Source: Camelus dromedarius
Taxonomy: Eukaryota
NCBI RefSeq assembly: GCF_036321535.1
Contig: NC_087436.1
Span: forward strand, 47,308,001 to 47,372,000
Reading direction: 5' to 3'
Length of the DNA stretch: 64,000 bases
Under the pieces are notes generated by a model. That model was not told where the DNA came from. It made no database searches and saw only the letters and a list, made by a program, of their open reading frames with translations. Below, one piece after another: positions 62,560 through 64,000 of this stretch (within the stretch, counting starts at the first letter, position 1; every line of letters begins with the position of its first letter). The translations under genes and the position numbers were made by a program.

Positions 62560-62945
62560 AAGGATAAGAAGGCCTTGACCAAGTACAGAGGAAAGGACCC
62601 AGGTATTCAAGTAATAGCTTGACCCAAAAGATGAAAGCAGTCATGGCTCAGAGTGTACAGGGTTCTGAGAGAGCCACAAAACTTAAACAGAAGGTGCCCG
62701 TTGTGAGGTAATGGAAAATAAGGGTAGATAGGTAGAAGGCTGGGGGAGAGGACAGGCATTGAAAGCCAGGCAGAAGAGTTTGGATTGATTGCGTTCAATT
62801 GGATTGATTGAAATAAGGAGACACTTCAGGATCCTTAGCCAAGAAATGAGGGAGAGTGAACAGCTGTTATTTGTACCAGGACAGGGAGGCATGTTCTTAT
62901 CTAATTCTGAGGTAGGAGCAAGAAGGGGCATGTTCAGTTTGAAAA
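62560..62945 (-). mobile_element. L2 fragment
   Basis: ggcattgaaagccaggcagaagagtttggatt...gggcatgttcagtttg. Confidence 0.55.
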
Positions 62946-63149
62946 CAAAACAGCATTTTGTGTCGTTGCTTTAAATTGTTTTTAGTTACAAAGTTTGCTA
63001 CATTTCAGTTTCCAAATAATATGAAAACAATACATGGTTTTTGTTTGTTTATCAAATGTAATCATAGGTTAAAACTGTTCATAAACACAGAATATAGCTC
63101 AAGTACCACTACTTTTCACTAATATAATGAAAATAATGGAATATAACAG

Positions 63150-64000
63150 ACAGAATTTTAAAAAATGATCCACCACTCCCTGTGCTCCGTCTATGCCCTG
63201 CCCCCCACCCCTGCCAATTTCTAACCCTTTCTCTTTGTCTTCTGGTATTTATCCTTATAGATGAGAATTATATATTTATACTGGTATATCTTATTATATC
63301 TATTTTATGCATGATATATTGACTTTTCACATTGGCAAACGAGGATTTAGCTCCCTTGTACGATCACCCTACTTCCTTCCCCTCCAACCTCCCAATATAA
63401 TTAAATCACAGATTTGGCTAAATTTCATTATGTATTTACATTTATTACATCGACTGTCTACACATATTTCAGTACTGAATCTAGTAGTGTACCATGATTA
63501 TGCTTCCTTTCTTTTCCCTGGAGTCAGTAGTTTTGTCAATTATTCATTTGATAGTCTTCTAAATAAGTTTGTCAGATAATGAGTTCCATTTGTAATTTAG
63601 TTCCAGAAACTTTTGCTCTCCCACCCCAATCTTGAATGGTCGTTTTCTAGCCTTATTTTATGACTTTCATGTTTGTTTGCGACTTTGCATGCCTGACAAT
63701 AGATTTGAATCTGCAGAGTAGTCTTGAAAGTTACTCAGTTTCTGCATGGAAAGATGCTCAAGTCTTATCCCTGGCTACAGGTTATTTGAGGACATGGATG
63801 GGGAAAGAGGGCTGGTAGAGGATGGAGGTATGTTTCTCCCATAAATGTATAAATTTCCACTTAATCCATTTATTTTCAGCCCCTCAGCTGCCCTTGAGCT
63901 TTTCTGAAACTTTCCTCTCCCTAAGCCCAGAATCTTTTTGATTCATGTTCTACAAGGAATCAATCTCATGTCTGAGGGTTTGGAAGAGGAAGTCACCAGG
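63150..64000 (-). mobile_element. Ancient L1 fragments
   Basis: gattt agctccctt...cccctccaacctcccaatata...tactgaatctagtagtgtaccatgattatgcttcctttc is the reverse of the L1MC-like block at 35.6-35.8 kb; further L1M-like sequence to the window end is less certain. Confidence 0.45.

Noticed and set aside
1..64000. CRISPR array, operon or other prokaryotic/viral system
   Set aside because: The sequence is mammalian and repeat-derived. There are no regularly spaced repeat-spacer arrays and no long intact ORFs.

Overview
Repeat-rich mammalian genomic DNA with no recognisable protein-coding exon. The long ORFs in the track are LINE-1 remnants, GC-rich CpG-island frames or chance frames. Eight copies of a tRNA-Ala(AGC)-derived SINE, and no recognisable Alu, Bov-A, PRE1, Can-SINE or ERE copies, suggest a camelid genome (vic-1-type SINE; inference). 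The main gene-related landmark is a CpG-island promoter at ~12.8-13.75 kb. It holds a probable non-coding first exon on the minus strand (donor TGG|GTGAGT at 13359/13358), so 1-13.35 kb would be intron 1 of a gene I cannot name. A second strong donor on the plus strand (13746/13747) hints at a divergent transcript. The rest is dominated by transposable elements: a near-full-length degenerate L1 (17.8-23.5 kb) inside an old L2, several 5'-truncated L1s with target-site duplications (TSDs), L2, MIR, L3, MaLR/ERVL LTRs and hAT/Tigger fossils, often nested. The most unusual items are an ancient L1 whose 5' end is joined directly to the reverse-transcriptase (RT) 'FADD' codons at what look like splice sites (58.06-59.36 kb), and a SINE-L1-SINE composite enclosed by one TSD (7.55-8.30 kb). 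I found no evidence for a new protein-coding system. Repeat subfamily names come from recalled consensus sequences, and boundaries are approximate unless fixed by a TSD.
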